Origin: Basidiobolus meristosporus CBS 931.73
Lineage: Eukaryota; Fungi; Basidiobolomycota
NCBI GenBank assembly: GCA_002104905.1
Contig: MCFE01000332.1
Span: 1 to 64,000, forward strand
Direction of reading: 5' to 3'
DNA: 64,000 nt
A program made the position numbers and the translations under genes. Shown piece after piece: positions 1-13,605 of the stretch. Below the pieces are notes generated by a model, which had not been told where the DNA came from, did no database searches, and was given only the letters and a program-made list of their open reading frames with translations. Numbering within the stretch: position 1 is the first letter of the stretch; every line of letters starts with the position of its first letter.

Positions 1-952
1 CCCAAGCCTACGGTAAGGAAGATCAGCAAGAACAACGGGGTGCTGTGTGCTATGGGAATGATGTCGGCTGTGAGCAGGGTGAGTGATTGATCTGGTAGAA
101 ATAGGAAATTTCAGATTCATACTTAATAGGCTATAGAATGAATTGAGCCCGTGGGCGATCCGCACGCAAAAGAGAAATACCAAGATTCCGCTGTTCACCC
201 TATATGCAGGATCCTCCACCATGCCGCATCTTTCCTTAAATGACGAAGCGGTTGGTAAATACGGCAATTGGCTTGTTCCTGAATCCTTTTCTCACCATAT
301 ACCATAGAGTATTGCTGAAGGGCGTACTAAGTTCATGAATCAGGCATACGCTAACGTGATACATGACGAACGGTCTCTAGTGTGATAGGGTAATCAGGTC
401 AACCTTTCTAGTCAGGATAAACTGTGGAGAGTTGCCTACATATGAGCTGAGGGTAAGCACAAAGCGCGAGAACACTGATATCAAGAGTCTAAGCCCATAC
501 TCCTTGATGTACTTGGAGTAGAACATCGTGTTCCAAAGGAAATAACTACGTTTTGGGTTAGCTTGGCACTTGGTTACACAGGAGGTTGACGTTAGGACCT
601 ACCCACAGGCAATAGCATATACATTTTCAGCGTGTGGACTGTAGCCATGAACCCTATCTTCTCGAAGATGAGGTTCGAAACGAACTGAGAATGCTAACAC
701 AGCAGTAAGGATGCAGTGCAGAAAAGAAACGGCTTTTGCGTCCCAAGAGATTTGTTCCATGTCGCTTAGGTTCCCATATGCCTTACGAAAAAGCAGGGGC
801 GACAGTGCACTGGACAAGCAAAATGTTCCCTGGCATGCACCTGCTGACATCAGAACCAGTTGCCAATGAAAGGCTAGTTTCTCAAAGCCACATTCCCGGA
901 AGATTGTCTGTATTGACTGCTCTAGCGTTGGCCCACTAGTCGTAGAGCTCAT
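1..952 (-). CDS. TLC-domain (TMEM56/Tda4-like) membrane protein, multi-exon, 3' end runs off the window
   Basis: Exon 1 (952-602) ends ...VYAIACG at a GTAGGT donor. Spliced continuation reads GYFLWNTMF..., HELSTPFSNTLWYM|ERCG...LVFLFCVRIAHG, which are typical TLC motifs (GYFLW, ELSTPF.N, F..R). Confidence 0.8.
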
Positions 953-1316
953 GGAAGGATATTGGTGATGGAACTCTGTATGCGAAGTCTAGTTGATATA
1001 TTCCCTGGTACATTTGAGACCTTCGCTCTTCTGTGTATACATTGGTTACTGTTTTGTTAATCAAGTTGCTGCGGGCTATCCAATTAACTGATTCTGCGGT
1101 ATAGCTGTGTTAGAATCCCTGAATGTGTTTTGAAGCCCACGGTGATAATAAGCATGAGTCACGTGATAGTAGATGGCCTATCCAGTGTACTATCTGGAAT
1201 TGAATATATTAGTCAGCTGATGGAGTGGGTAGACGGGCATGTAATAATTTTTATTTGTGCTAGAATTATGAGGGAATTGGTGAAAATGGCACCGCTTTTG
1301 GCGATTTACTACATGT

Positions 1317-1757
1317 CTAATAATGCGCCAACAAGGCCACTCCAACTGCTGGAACCAATCCCAATAGTGATAAGCTGTTGAAAGCAGCCGCATTGATGAG
1401 GGTTGGTCTTGCTAGCGTTGGGGTAGAGCTGGTACCAAAAAAGTGGTTAGAATCACCTCGATGCATGTCGATGATCCTTGTAGCTTACCTCAATGCACTG
1501 CCAGTAGGGGCGGAAATGGATGTTCCGTTGAAACTTGAGGAAACGCCTCCGGTGCTGCTTGGCGATGCGGTGCCAGAGGCTGTCCTGGTCGCTTGGCGGG
1601 AAGTTGGGCGACCATCATCCCCTGACTCGGCAGATGGGCCTCGCCCCCTTTGAGGGCCTGTGCCAACGGTGGAGTCGTCATCTCCATCATTTGATGACTG
1701 GGCTCTCACAGACAACACCAGTAATAACGCTACAAGGAGAATGGTGAGCAGTTTCAT
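1317..1757 (-). CDS. Small secreted Ser/Thr/Gly-rich protein with a probable GPI-anchor signal (126 aa, 2 exons)
   Basis: Signal peptide MKLLTILLVALLLVLSVRA. A 60-bp GT-AG intron (1488-1429) joins in phase to exon 2, STPTLARPTLINAAAFNSLSLLGLVPAVGVALLAHY*, which has an NAA omega-like site and a hydrophobic tail. Confidence 0.75.
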
Positions 1758-2803
1758 TAGTAGATTGTGGCTGTGCGAGAGTATGGCTTTATCATATTAG
1801 CGACATTCTCGTATCTTTTTATACCCAGCTATCCTACTGGTGATGATCACTAGAGCATGCGCAAAAATCCCAGCACTGTAGATCCCCTGCATAATCGCTA
1901 ATACAATAGCATTACTTGAAACCAACAGCGGACTCTGCTGTCTAAGTGGCATATACGGATTGTAGAGACTAAATGGGGGTTACTAACCCGGTACCAGGTT
2001 TATGAGGAGCGCCGAAGCAAGTCCCTAGGAGAGTGCATGTCGGAGTGGATCTCGATTATGAGCTCCATGAGTGCTAATCCATCCTTGAACAATACATGCG
2101 TTTCGTTTTGGGATACGATCATCGGAACGGCGGAATGCGTAAATTGGCAATCCCATCACCACTGATATTGCAAATCGCCTTGCCGCGATCTTCTACTGTA
2201 CGGTGTGTTTCACCAATCCCATGACATCACTTAGCGATGACAATAGGGGCCCCCAGTCTGGGATAGGATGTCCCATCGCTCTTCAAATCCCACACAAGCA
2301 GATCAGGCTGTAGAGGCACGACACTGCCTAGAGAGCAAGCTTTTATTGTGAAATCGCATCATTCGCTGTGGCTTGGCCGCACTGTTTGCCGCAGAATGAT
2401 GAATGGCTTCTCTAGGTTTTATTGGGTATATTGCCTAGCTCAACGATTAAAGCGGCGATGCTGGAATTCTCATTACTGTACACTCTGTCCTTAAGTTGAT
2501 AGAAGGTGATTGTTGCTCCGGCAGACAGACTAGTATGGTACCTTTCTTTGGCTGGCCGTCTTAAACTGCTCAGAGCCATTGGTGTACGGTAGAGTAGGGC
2601 AGTCCATTACCGATATCCGGATCAAATCCAAATTATACTTAAAATACTGGCTGTTCACGTGATACGGATGGAATGATCCATTTTACTGCTAATTTAAGAA
2701 AAAAGAAGCTCACCTGATGTAGCAATGAGCATAGGCTGCCAAGAGGTAACAACGAAAATTTATAAAAGCCAGCCCACCCACCAAGAAATCCCTAAAATTC
2801 AGC

Positions 2804-3499
2804 ATGTTGAAATACGGATATTTAATTGGTATGTTCACCAACCTTTCTGCTCATCCTTCAAGACATAAAGCTAAAAATTCATTATATTCTTTAGGAGAGA
2901 CCACTGCGGAGACAAGGCTCGTTACCCCACCACATCTCAAAGGAAAAATTGGGTTGACCCTGGGTCAGAGTAGCCGATTCTGCTTCGTCGGAACTCGAAG
3001 CGCCATTTTAGAATGGTTCCGTAATTTCAGCGATACTATTGTGGAGGTGAACTTGGGGTATGATCACGAGCAGAAGCAGGACCTGGTGTTTGATACTTTT
3101 TGGCAATACAACGAAGCAGGCACTTGGCTAGATAGCTTCTGGAGCTATTTGGGCTGGCCAGATAAGAACACCGAGCACGTCCGTCTAGAAATCAGACCCA
3201 GAAATCAGAAGATAGACGACGGCTTAGAGCCTTACCACCGAGTGTTTACCCCCAACAAGGTTACGCTCGGAGCGATGGCTGAAACCCTGCAAAAACAGTG
3301 GGCAAACCCTGGCCCTTCTTTCATGGACGCTGCAAAGCACTTCCTGACTGATGAATCCACTTCTGCTCCCTACGTCGACAATCTTCCTCTCGCAAATATT
3401 GTGGTGGAGGATCGTCCCGAACCCAATGCCTCCACTCCTGTAGCAGCACCACAATCCGCCATTGCGCAAAAAGGTTCCGAAGTACCTTACCTGACTTGA
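2804..3499 (+). CDS. Hypothetical intronless protein, 231 aa, no recognised domain
   Basis: 696-bp ORF with protein-like composition. TATAAAA lies at about 2761 upstream and the sequence after the stop is AT-rich. Confidence 0.6.
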   Translation: MLKYGYLIGMFTNLSAHPSRHKAKNSLYSLGETTAETRLVTPPHLKGKIGLTLGQSSRFCFVGTRSAILEWFRNFSDTIVEVNLGYDHEQKQDLVFDTFWQYNEAGTWLDSFWSYLGWPDKNTEHVRLEIRPRNQKIDDGLEPYHRVFTPNKVTLGAMAETLQKQWANPGPSFMDAAKHFLTDESTSAPYVDNLPLANIVVEDRPEPNASTPVAAPQSAIAQKGSEVPYLT

Positions 3500-3733
3500 T
3501 TTACTTCTCCAGCATATACAAGCATGTCACCAAAACATCGTGTACAATAAGGCTTCTTTCTTAGGGTCAATCATTTTTGAATCGGTTTAATAAATTTGTT
3601 GTAATTATGTGGAATTCAAAGGACCACCCACTTCTTTACATGTATATTAAATAGTAGTGACGTGCTTAATTAATCTCATTTAAACAAAAGCATTCAGTTT
3701 ATTTAGCCTTGGATGGATATAGAATCCATCTGC

Positions 3734-4527
3734 TTATTCGTGAAGGATCATTGGAGGAGCGATAGAATCCACCACTTCCTTGCCAACGAGCTTTTCTACA
3801 ATAGCCAGTGCGAATTCAAAAGTGGTTCCAGGTCCTCGACTACAGAAAACAACGTTAGTTCTCAGTATAATCTACCCGTTAATAACTACCAAATACCTAG
3901 TGATAAGATTGTTTGCAACGACCACTCGCTTCTCCTGATAGTCGTAACTGTCAGTGAGCTGATCCTTAACACTGGGATGGGAGGTCAATTTCTCGTTTTT
4001 GGCAATCTTGGCAGATTTGATGGCCAAGGAACCTAATTGTATTCAGGACGTTGTTACTTTAAAATCCATTTGGGTGTACACCTCTATCCTTACCAGCGCA
4101 AATGGCCGCTACAACTTTGTCCATTTGGTAGTATCTCAAGAGGAGTTGTTGAACCAAGGGTGCCTCGGACAGTGTTTTGGCTCCTTGAGCTCCTCCTGGA
4201 ATAACGATGGCATCATATTGATCCTGTGTTGTTGCTCAGGTTATGATTGTAGGGTAGGACGATTGCTTGGAGAAAACTTACATGATTGGTGATGCCTTCG
4301 AGTTTAGTATCTGGAACAATACGGACACCACGGCTGCACTCAACGCTGGTCGCATTTACACCAAAGCTAGCAACAAGGACATCGATCTTAGCACGTCTAA
4401 GGACATCAACTGTATCAAATATGAGTAATAAGACAGGAAGTGATCAGAGGAGAAGTGGAGTACTTGTGATGATGGCCTCCATTTCCTCACTGCCATCGGT
4501 AATCAGAACTAGAGCTTTCTTGGTCAT
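3734..4527 (-). CDS. DJ-1/PfpI family protein (PARK7/YajL-like), 5 exons; absent from the ORF track
   Basis: Manual splicing gives MTKKALVLITDGSEEMEAIITIDVLRRAKI...YDAIVIPGGAQGA...VAAICAGSLAI...TSHPSV...NLITSRGPGTTFEFALAIVEKL...ILHE*. The catalytic Glu (EEME) and Cys (AICAG) are present and all introns are GT-AG. Confidence 0.93.
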
Positions 4528-5728
4528 TTTCAAGAACGAGGTTTACGTGTGGGAGGAGTTGTGATGTCCTTTTTAACTAACAAAAATTAGTGGCTTATCT
4601 CGGCTGAATGCGTCATGTAATGATTAGCAAATTTTTGGATATAAACATAATCAAATATCTGGTGTCTGTTATTCACTATTTGATGGTAGTTTAATGTTGA
4701 TTCACTTGGGCCCAGGTAGCTCAACAGACTATGACCCTGGGAAAGGCATATTAGCTGCGTGGACATCACGGTTGAAACGGGCAGTTTCATATCGATAGTG
4801 CCGCAGTAGCAGGAGGCTGGCCGGATAAGGCTGGGACCATGACACACAATAGCGATATTATGATCAGAGAGACCCTGCTATGGCAGATGCAGAGGGTGCA
4901 AAACTGAATGAATGTTCCAAGCCAGGGTTGGCAGAAACAGTCCGTAGTGCGCCTGGGAATATGGCTGGCTGCCTTGTTGGAAGAATAGTGATCATGCTCT
5001 CAAGAATAGGAGGCCTCCCCCAGGAAGATTTCCAGGAATGCCAGAGAAATGGGAGTTTCACATGGATTCAAACCCTAATATGCTTCACATACTTGTTTAC
5101 AGATTGATTAATTAATAACGGCAATCGAATGGTGCGTTGCATTCTTCGAGCCATGTACCAACTGGCAGCTTTATGCTGTTCATTTGAATCATCTGCAGCA
5201 TTGTAATATGCAGTATCTTATTATGCCATAAATCACTTGGTTCCTCTCATTTGTTGATTGATTAACGGAAGCGGCAATACATAAAGGCGGTCATTGGATG
5301 TTCTTTTGTATTGATTGAAATATGCATCGAAGCCAGCATTTCCCATTTTGTAATTACTTTAATTGTGCAACAGACAATCTTCAAACTCTATAATCAAGTA
5401 TTTCACCCCTTTTTGGAATTCGTCGTCTTGGTCTATATCCTTGGTCTTTCCTTTCTTTTCTCCCTTTCTAACACTTGCACCTCTTGGCAAGCAGCTTGGT
5501 CCGCATATATGCATAGAGCCTGACGACGGTCATAGAACTTCTGTTAACTCTACTAGCCTCCCTCTTCTATCAATAGCAAGGTACAGTCCATACACTTATC
5601 CAGCTTCATTCTCCCCTCCAGCAGCGGCAAACACGAACCACCGTTGTATTGGGTTGATAAACAGTGGCTAACAGATCTTAAGTCAAAAAACGTTACCCAG
5701 GTGTCGAGCTCTTACAAATACCTATTCG

Positions 5729-8311
<2,583 letters not shown>

Positions 8312-8860
8312 CAATATACCACTCTATACCTAATACCCTTCATATTCATGTACAATCTGCTTTATCCGGCCTTGTGTTTGTTCGTCTTGCCATTCTCTTC
8401 TTAAGTGTAAGGCCATACCTGATTACCATGACCCCGTATACGGTCAAGTGTTGGCGATCGCCTTGACTTCTCCATTGGCCCGTCCTGCGGCCAACTTTTT
8501 ATCTACGTTTATTTAATTCCGCTGAATACTTGAATCGATGTTTAGATGTTAAACGCAGTACTTTAATTGGTTTTGCTATAAAGGAAACAACAGCACTTTC
8601 ACTCCGAGGGATCAATTTGATGGTAACGCGCATCGTGCACTTGCCGCCCAATCCCTGGCTCTAACGGGCCTAAAGAACCCCCCCCCGTACCCAACATCTC
8701 ATCACGAGGAGCAAGTGGCATTTATTTGATTTTCTTGATACGTGCATCGAATCCATTGGGAAATGTCGTTCTTTTCCAGCAAATATTATATACAGGCTCT
8801 TGATTTAAAATGTGCAACTTTCAATCGAGTCGAGGTCGTCCGTTATCCACGAACCCCTCC

Positions 8861-9295
8861 CTAGCGGGTTTCCCCGCGAAGTCTCCTCGCCAAGTAGATG
8901 TCCTTGGGCTGGATGGTCACCCGCTTTGCATGAATCGCCGCCAGATTGGTATCTTCAAACAAGGTGACCAGGTAGGCTTCAGTGGCTTCTTGCAACGCGG
9001 CAATTGCTGAGCCCTGAAAGCGTAGGTCGCTCTTGAAATGGCTAGCAATTTCCCGCACCAGCCGTTGGAAAGGGAGCTTGCTGATAAGAAGCTCGGTGGT
9101 TTTCTGGTAACGACGGATTTCCCTCAAGGCCACCGTTCCGGGCTTGTATCGGTGGGGCTTCTTGCCGGTGTAGACGCGTTTCCCGGAGATCGGTGGGTTC
9201 GAGGGCTTTCTCTTGCGCAGATTCGGGGGGATGATGTGCTTCCGGGGGGCTTTGCCGCCCGTGGACTTACGAGCGGTTTGTTTAGTTCTGGCCAT
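8861..9295 (-). CDS. Histone H3 variant (144 aa) with a divergent, extended N-terminal tail; not CenH3-like
   Basis: [18 protein letters not shown] is canonical, followed by a non-canonical 25-aa segment, then an intact H3 fold (KKPHRYKPG...[11 protein letters not shown]...LRFQ...EDTNL...KRVTIQPKD). Intronless. Confidence 0.93.
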   Translation of the reverse strand: MARTKQTARKSTGGKAPRKHIIPPNLRKRKPSNPPISGKRVYTGKKPHRYKPGTVALREIRRYQKTTELLISKLPFQRLVREIASHFKSDLRFQGSAIAALQEATEAYLVTLFEDTNLAAIHAKRVTIQPKDIYLARRLRGETR

Positions 9296-10036
9296 GACGG
9301 TAAGCAGATGGCTGGTAGATGGAATGGAGAAGAGATGTGGGCAAGTCCCCTCTAGCCCTAGCTGCGAATCTATACCCCCCGCGATGATGCTTTCGTTGAT
9401 ACCATCAGTTCATCCGATCAGTCTATTCACTTGATTTTAAACTTCCCTTTCCTTCCATGCCGGTACATGTTTCGGTCCCCGTTTCGGCTCTGCTGAGGAT
9501 TCGCCACTGGTAGGTCTCGCACGTCGCTGTTGCGTGTTGGCCTGGTTTTGGCATGGCTTCAGGGAGACCGAGCTGGGCGTTGGGGCCCATCTGGATACGC
9601 ATCACCAGCATATTACTCTGGCCAAATGCATGCATGTGCTGCGCATGAGGCGATGATGATGGTGATCGAAAGACCTCAGCCACGATCCATGTGCTAGCTG
9701 TGCGATGGATAGTCCCCAATGGCCACCCAATGTCCTCCTTCGTTCCGACAACTGTGTCCCACGGTTCGAGTAGCTTGAGCATAGAAATAGAGGAACCTTG
9801 GCTGTAAGTGAGGGCCATTTAACCGGTTGGCATGGTGGCAGCCGAATAGACAGGCATGCAGTTAGTCAAGTAGAGATTTATTGACAATACTAGTTGACCA
9901 GAATAGTGATAAGATGGTTAATTCAATCGATGTAGTACATATATAGACGATATTGATCGAAGCTCTTGCCCCAGGTTTCCTAGTGCAGTTGCTTTAAGAG
10001 ATGCCAATGGGTTGAACTAATGCAAGAGGATGTCTC

Positions 10037-10359
10037 TTAGTGGGAGCTTTGCTTGGCTTTGGCTAGAAGGTTCGGAAAGTACCAAGAAGAACGGGGTTAG
10101 CTAGTGTTGGCCACAACTCGACCTCGAAATCACTTACCCAAAGGATTGCGGGGATCGTTGGCATATTCAGGGGCTGTGGTGAGGAAGTTCGTTGTTTACT
10201 GGACTGTTGGTGTGGAATACCCTGCGACTAACACAAACCTTGGATCATAGCGTTCTGGAGCTTGGCGATCAAGCAGAAAGTGATCACGCCTCCGGCGAAG
10301 AAAGGGAACATGGGGCGGAACACGGGGGTGGACCAAGCGCGAAGACCGAAGAAACTCAT
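10037..10359 (-). CDS. ATP18: Mitochondrial ATP synthase subunit j (i/j), 3 exons; absent from the ORF track
   Basis: Spliced product MSFFGLRAWSTPVFRPMFPFFAGGVITFCLIAKLQNAMIQ|APEYANDPRNPL|AKAKQSSH* has the family hallmarks P..RP..PFFA.G and NDPRNP. Introns are in-phase GT-AG. Confidence 0.88.
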
Positions 10360-10760
10360 GATGTACGTTTGGACTGGGTTAACGTTGAGGTGTTAAGAAG
10401 CGAGGGACCGTTGGATACTAAACCAGGCTTAAAGGACGATGGTTCAGCAAATGAGAAGGTGGTCCCGCTACTTTACTCACCCAAATACTGGACTCCCTCG
10501 TCCATACCCCACAGAATCTTCCCCATTTTTTCGATTTGGGGTGGTTTTTTGCTGCACTTGGCGATGTGATGTAACCCGGTCGTGTCACGTGAGCCAAGGC
10601 CACGCCAGGAAGGTTGGTTAACTTTTGGGAATTGGCGTGGGTTCTCGCTAAAGTGCCGGCTTAACTATTGATCATGCTTGATTTGGCAGGAGTAGTAGCA
10701 TTCACAGCTGACTCCTGGAGATTGACTTATGCTTACATATTCCCTTTATTAGATAGATAG

Positions 10761-12498
10761 TTACATACTAGGCAGCTCACCCAATCTTACAAAAGTCAAG
10801 TGGTTAGGCACACAAGCGGAGCCGCGGAGTGATTTTGTGTCTCGGCTCTGGGTGTGTCTTGAAGGAGGGTTCATTTCAGTCCTGGTGCTTTTTGTAGGGG
10901 ATGGTTAAGCAGTGGATCCCAAGGAAAGTGCAAAACCGATCGATCACCAAGAGGGCCCAATGAGTATAGGCGACGCTAGCGAAGACAAAGAAAGCGATGA
11001 GGTAGTAGTACTCGGTGCTAGGTGTGAGCAAGGGTTGCCTGGTTCCAGAGGGTTAGCGATGTCTGCGAAGGTGGCAAGTTCTAATGGGGGGCACTCACGT
11101 ATCGAACCAGTTGGGCGCGTTGACGGCGATTGAGCCAACTACGATTGGTATGAGCAGCACCGTGAACATGGGGAATTCGCTCTTCGTGACGTGGGAGAGG
11201 ATGATTTTGGTGGCCATACGGCCGAACACGATACCAACTGTGATGATAAACAAAATCAGGTGCTCGTGCAACATGACAGAATAGGGAGACGCAAGCCAGA
11301 AATAGATGCAGACCACGTAGAGCGCCATGGAGCTAAGCTGCAGCAGCGTGGTTGCGTAGTTCTTATTCTTTTCTTGACAGGCTTTGCGGACGGCGATGAA
11401 GCTAAAGGAACGTTTCGTCAGAGGCAGGTTGGCTGTGGATTTCAAAGCATGCAGTAGTGTACCAAGCTGGCGAATGGACAAAGGCAATGATCAGGTACAT
11501 GGATAGAAATATCACATCGGCCGGGCTTGTGTCCTTGGGAAGGAACGACGGGGTAAGCTCCCCAAGGATATTCGATAGAGGGGCTCTCCAGATATGAGGG
11601 CCTGTAGGTAGAAAATCAGTAATCGCTTGTATAATGTCGATTGTTCATCCGACGCACTCACCGTAGATCCCCGATAGCACATTGCAAAGGCAAGATAATA
11701 CAAGGCCCTCGGTAGGTCCATTGAATACACCAAGGTAAAGTACACCAGTATGGTATTCCTCCCACGTAGAGAGATAGAAGGGAATGGTGGCTGAATTTGC
11801 CAGTTAATATTTGTGGATTACACAAAGGTTGGATTGGTGTGACCTACTCATTGCAGCCAGGTGTACTGTATACCAGCTGAGTCCCATCCCCATCCCGGCA
11901 GCTTGAACAATACTCCCGATGGAGCAGTTGAGAGCGTCGCAGCCATGGTCGAATAGCTCGCCTAGGTGATAGTCAGAGGATACATACGGCCGTGCTCAAG
12001 AATCAAGAAGCATACCTAGTGGAGACGAGCTTCCAGTACGACGAGCTTGTTTACCATCAACGTTATCGAAGGTCGAATACAACCAGATACCTGCGGCAAA
12101 ACTACGCAGCTTCTAGTTAGTCGCTTATGGTATGGCACATTCATACCAAGGGTTGAGCCGTACCTGTAGTACAACCAAGGGGCGGCAGGGGTTTCGAGGT
12201 CAGGAATGTAATACAAAACGCAGAAAAAGTTGAACACCATGAAACCAAGACCGCATAGTGTTATCAGGTTAGGTCTGTGGATAGCAAGAAGTTAGGAAAC
12301 CACCGCTTCGAAGAGGCCAGCATAAAGTACTAACGCCATCCAAAGTGGAAACAAGCTGACGCAGGCATTCCAGTAGTGGCGAAGGATATAGTGGCTCAGG
12401 TACGACTTGTCCACTGCGGCGTATTTGTACAGTCGTAGTTTACTAAGCGCCTCATCGGAGACGTATTCTGATTTGCTCGACAGACCAAGAAAACCCAT
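10761..12498 (-). CDS. CDP-alcohol phosphatidyltransferase (choline/ethanolamine phosphotransferase, CPT1/EPT1 family), multi-exon
   Basis: [68 protein letters not shown] and [20 protein letters not shown]. The 3' end is less certain. Confidence 0.9.
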
Positions 12499-13575
12499 GG
12501 CGCACACCCGAATCCAAATTCTCTGGGGGAACACTGAAAAGGACTATGCACTCGAAAGTTCCTCAAAGACGATATCGCAGCCGACAACGGGCGTGTATTT
12601 ATCAGGAAAAGGTGGGTAAAAAAATCACGCAAATATCTGCTTTTTCTTTGCGAAGTGACACTTCGCTGGTGCTTGTTTTGGGCATAACTTATGCAGTCAA
12701 TTTATAAATCCATTCACCCTGAGGATGGAAACTGGCCCATGGAAGGGGGGTTCTATTCGTATCTCCCTTAAACACGTACGCTTCGCGATTGGCTATCCAT
12801 GAACATGTAAGCCCGAGCGATCTATAGCTCCACACTCTCATATTTGGCATGAGCCCAATGGCTTGTGATGCTCTCCTTAGTGGCCGTATTGCCTGATGGT
12901 TGATCGTGCTTGGACGCAAATGAAATTGGGAATTCCGGAATAATTGATACAGGCTGCTGCATTTGCATGAGTGAGGTAGTCAGACACATGCTAAAGTCGG
13001 TCCGTCAACAGCCATACAATCATCCAAATCCGAATCCGAATCCAAATCTCATGGGAGATGACTGAATGAGATCCGGCCACGTAGACGTTTCTCAAGATGG
13101 TAATGAAGTTCCTGAAGACAAATAAAGGGAACTGTGCCAATCTGCAGCCGCTTATAGCCTCCATTCGCAGTATTGCAAGCTTCCCAGGTGCTAGTTGGGC
13201 TGTCTATTGTGGTCAGAGATATACATCTGGTCCTCACGTGTGATTGGTATAAATGTCGTGTTTATACAATGCTGTTGTTTCTAGGACCCTGGGAATCGAG
13301 CGAGAACCTTCGAGTTGCACATCCGCTAGCTGATGTAGGCAGAAGCAAGAAGCAAACTTCGCTTAGATACGTGCATGCTCCCATTCTATTTCCTGGGCAA
13401 ATTGGATACATTCGTATGTCTACAATATTTGGTTTAAATGGATCCTAATATATCGTAAACAAGTCACTTGGTTGTGGTTTACTGGAAATTGGTGATGCAA
13501 ATTGTTCTAGATTGTCAAAAACACCGGCCGTCGCTCACAGAGCATTGTCACGAATCGTCCGAGGAAATTTCTCCC

Positions 13576-13605
13576 CTAGGGTTAGGGTTAGGGTTAGGGT
13601 TAGGG
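13576..13605 (+). repeat. Interstitial telomere-type repeat CTAGGG(TTAGGG)4
   Basis: Directly visible as ctagggttagggttagggttagggttaggg. Confidence 0.9.

Noticed and set aside
1780-2600. Possible degenerate multi-exon membrane-protein gene on the minus strand
   Set aside because: Hydrophobic stretches are present, but every frame has several stops and I could not build a consistent splice model or recognise a family.
4587-5300. Short ORFs between DJ-1 and PAK
   Set aside because: No recognisable motifs; probably shared promoter or intergenic DNA.
8861-9295. CenH3/CENP-A call for the H3 variant
   Set aside because: The canonical first 18 residues, normal loop-1 length and retained Q68, F84 and T107 argue against it.
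9423-9818. 131-aa minus-strand ORF between ATP18 and H3; possible H4 partner
   Set aside because: No H4 or other motif and a non-ATG start.
10761-10880. Apparent C-terminal extension of the phosphotransferase
   Set aside because: It could reflect an unrecognised last intron or a 1-bp error in the A5 run; not supportable without transcripts.
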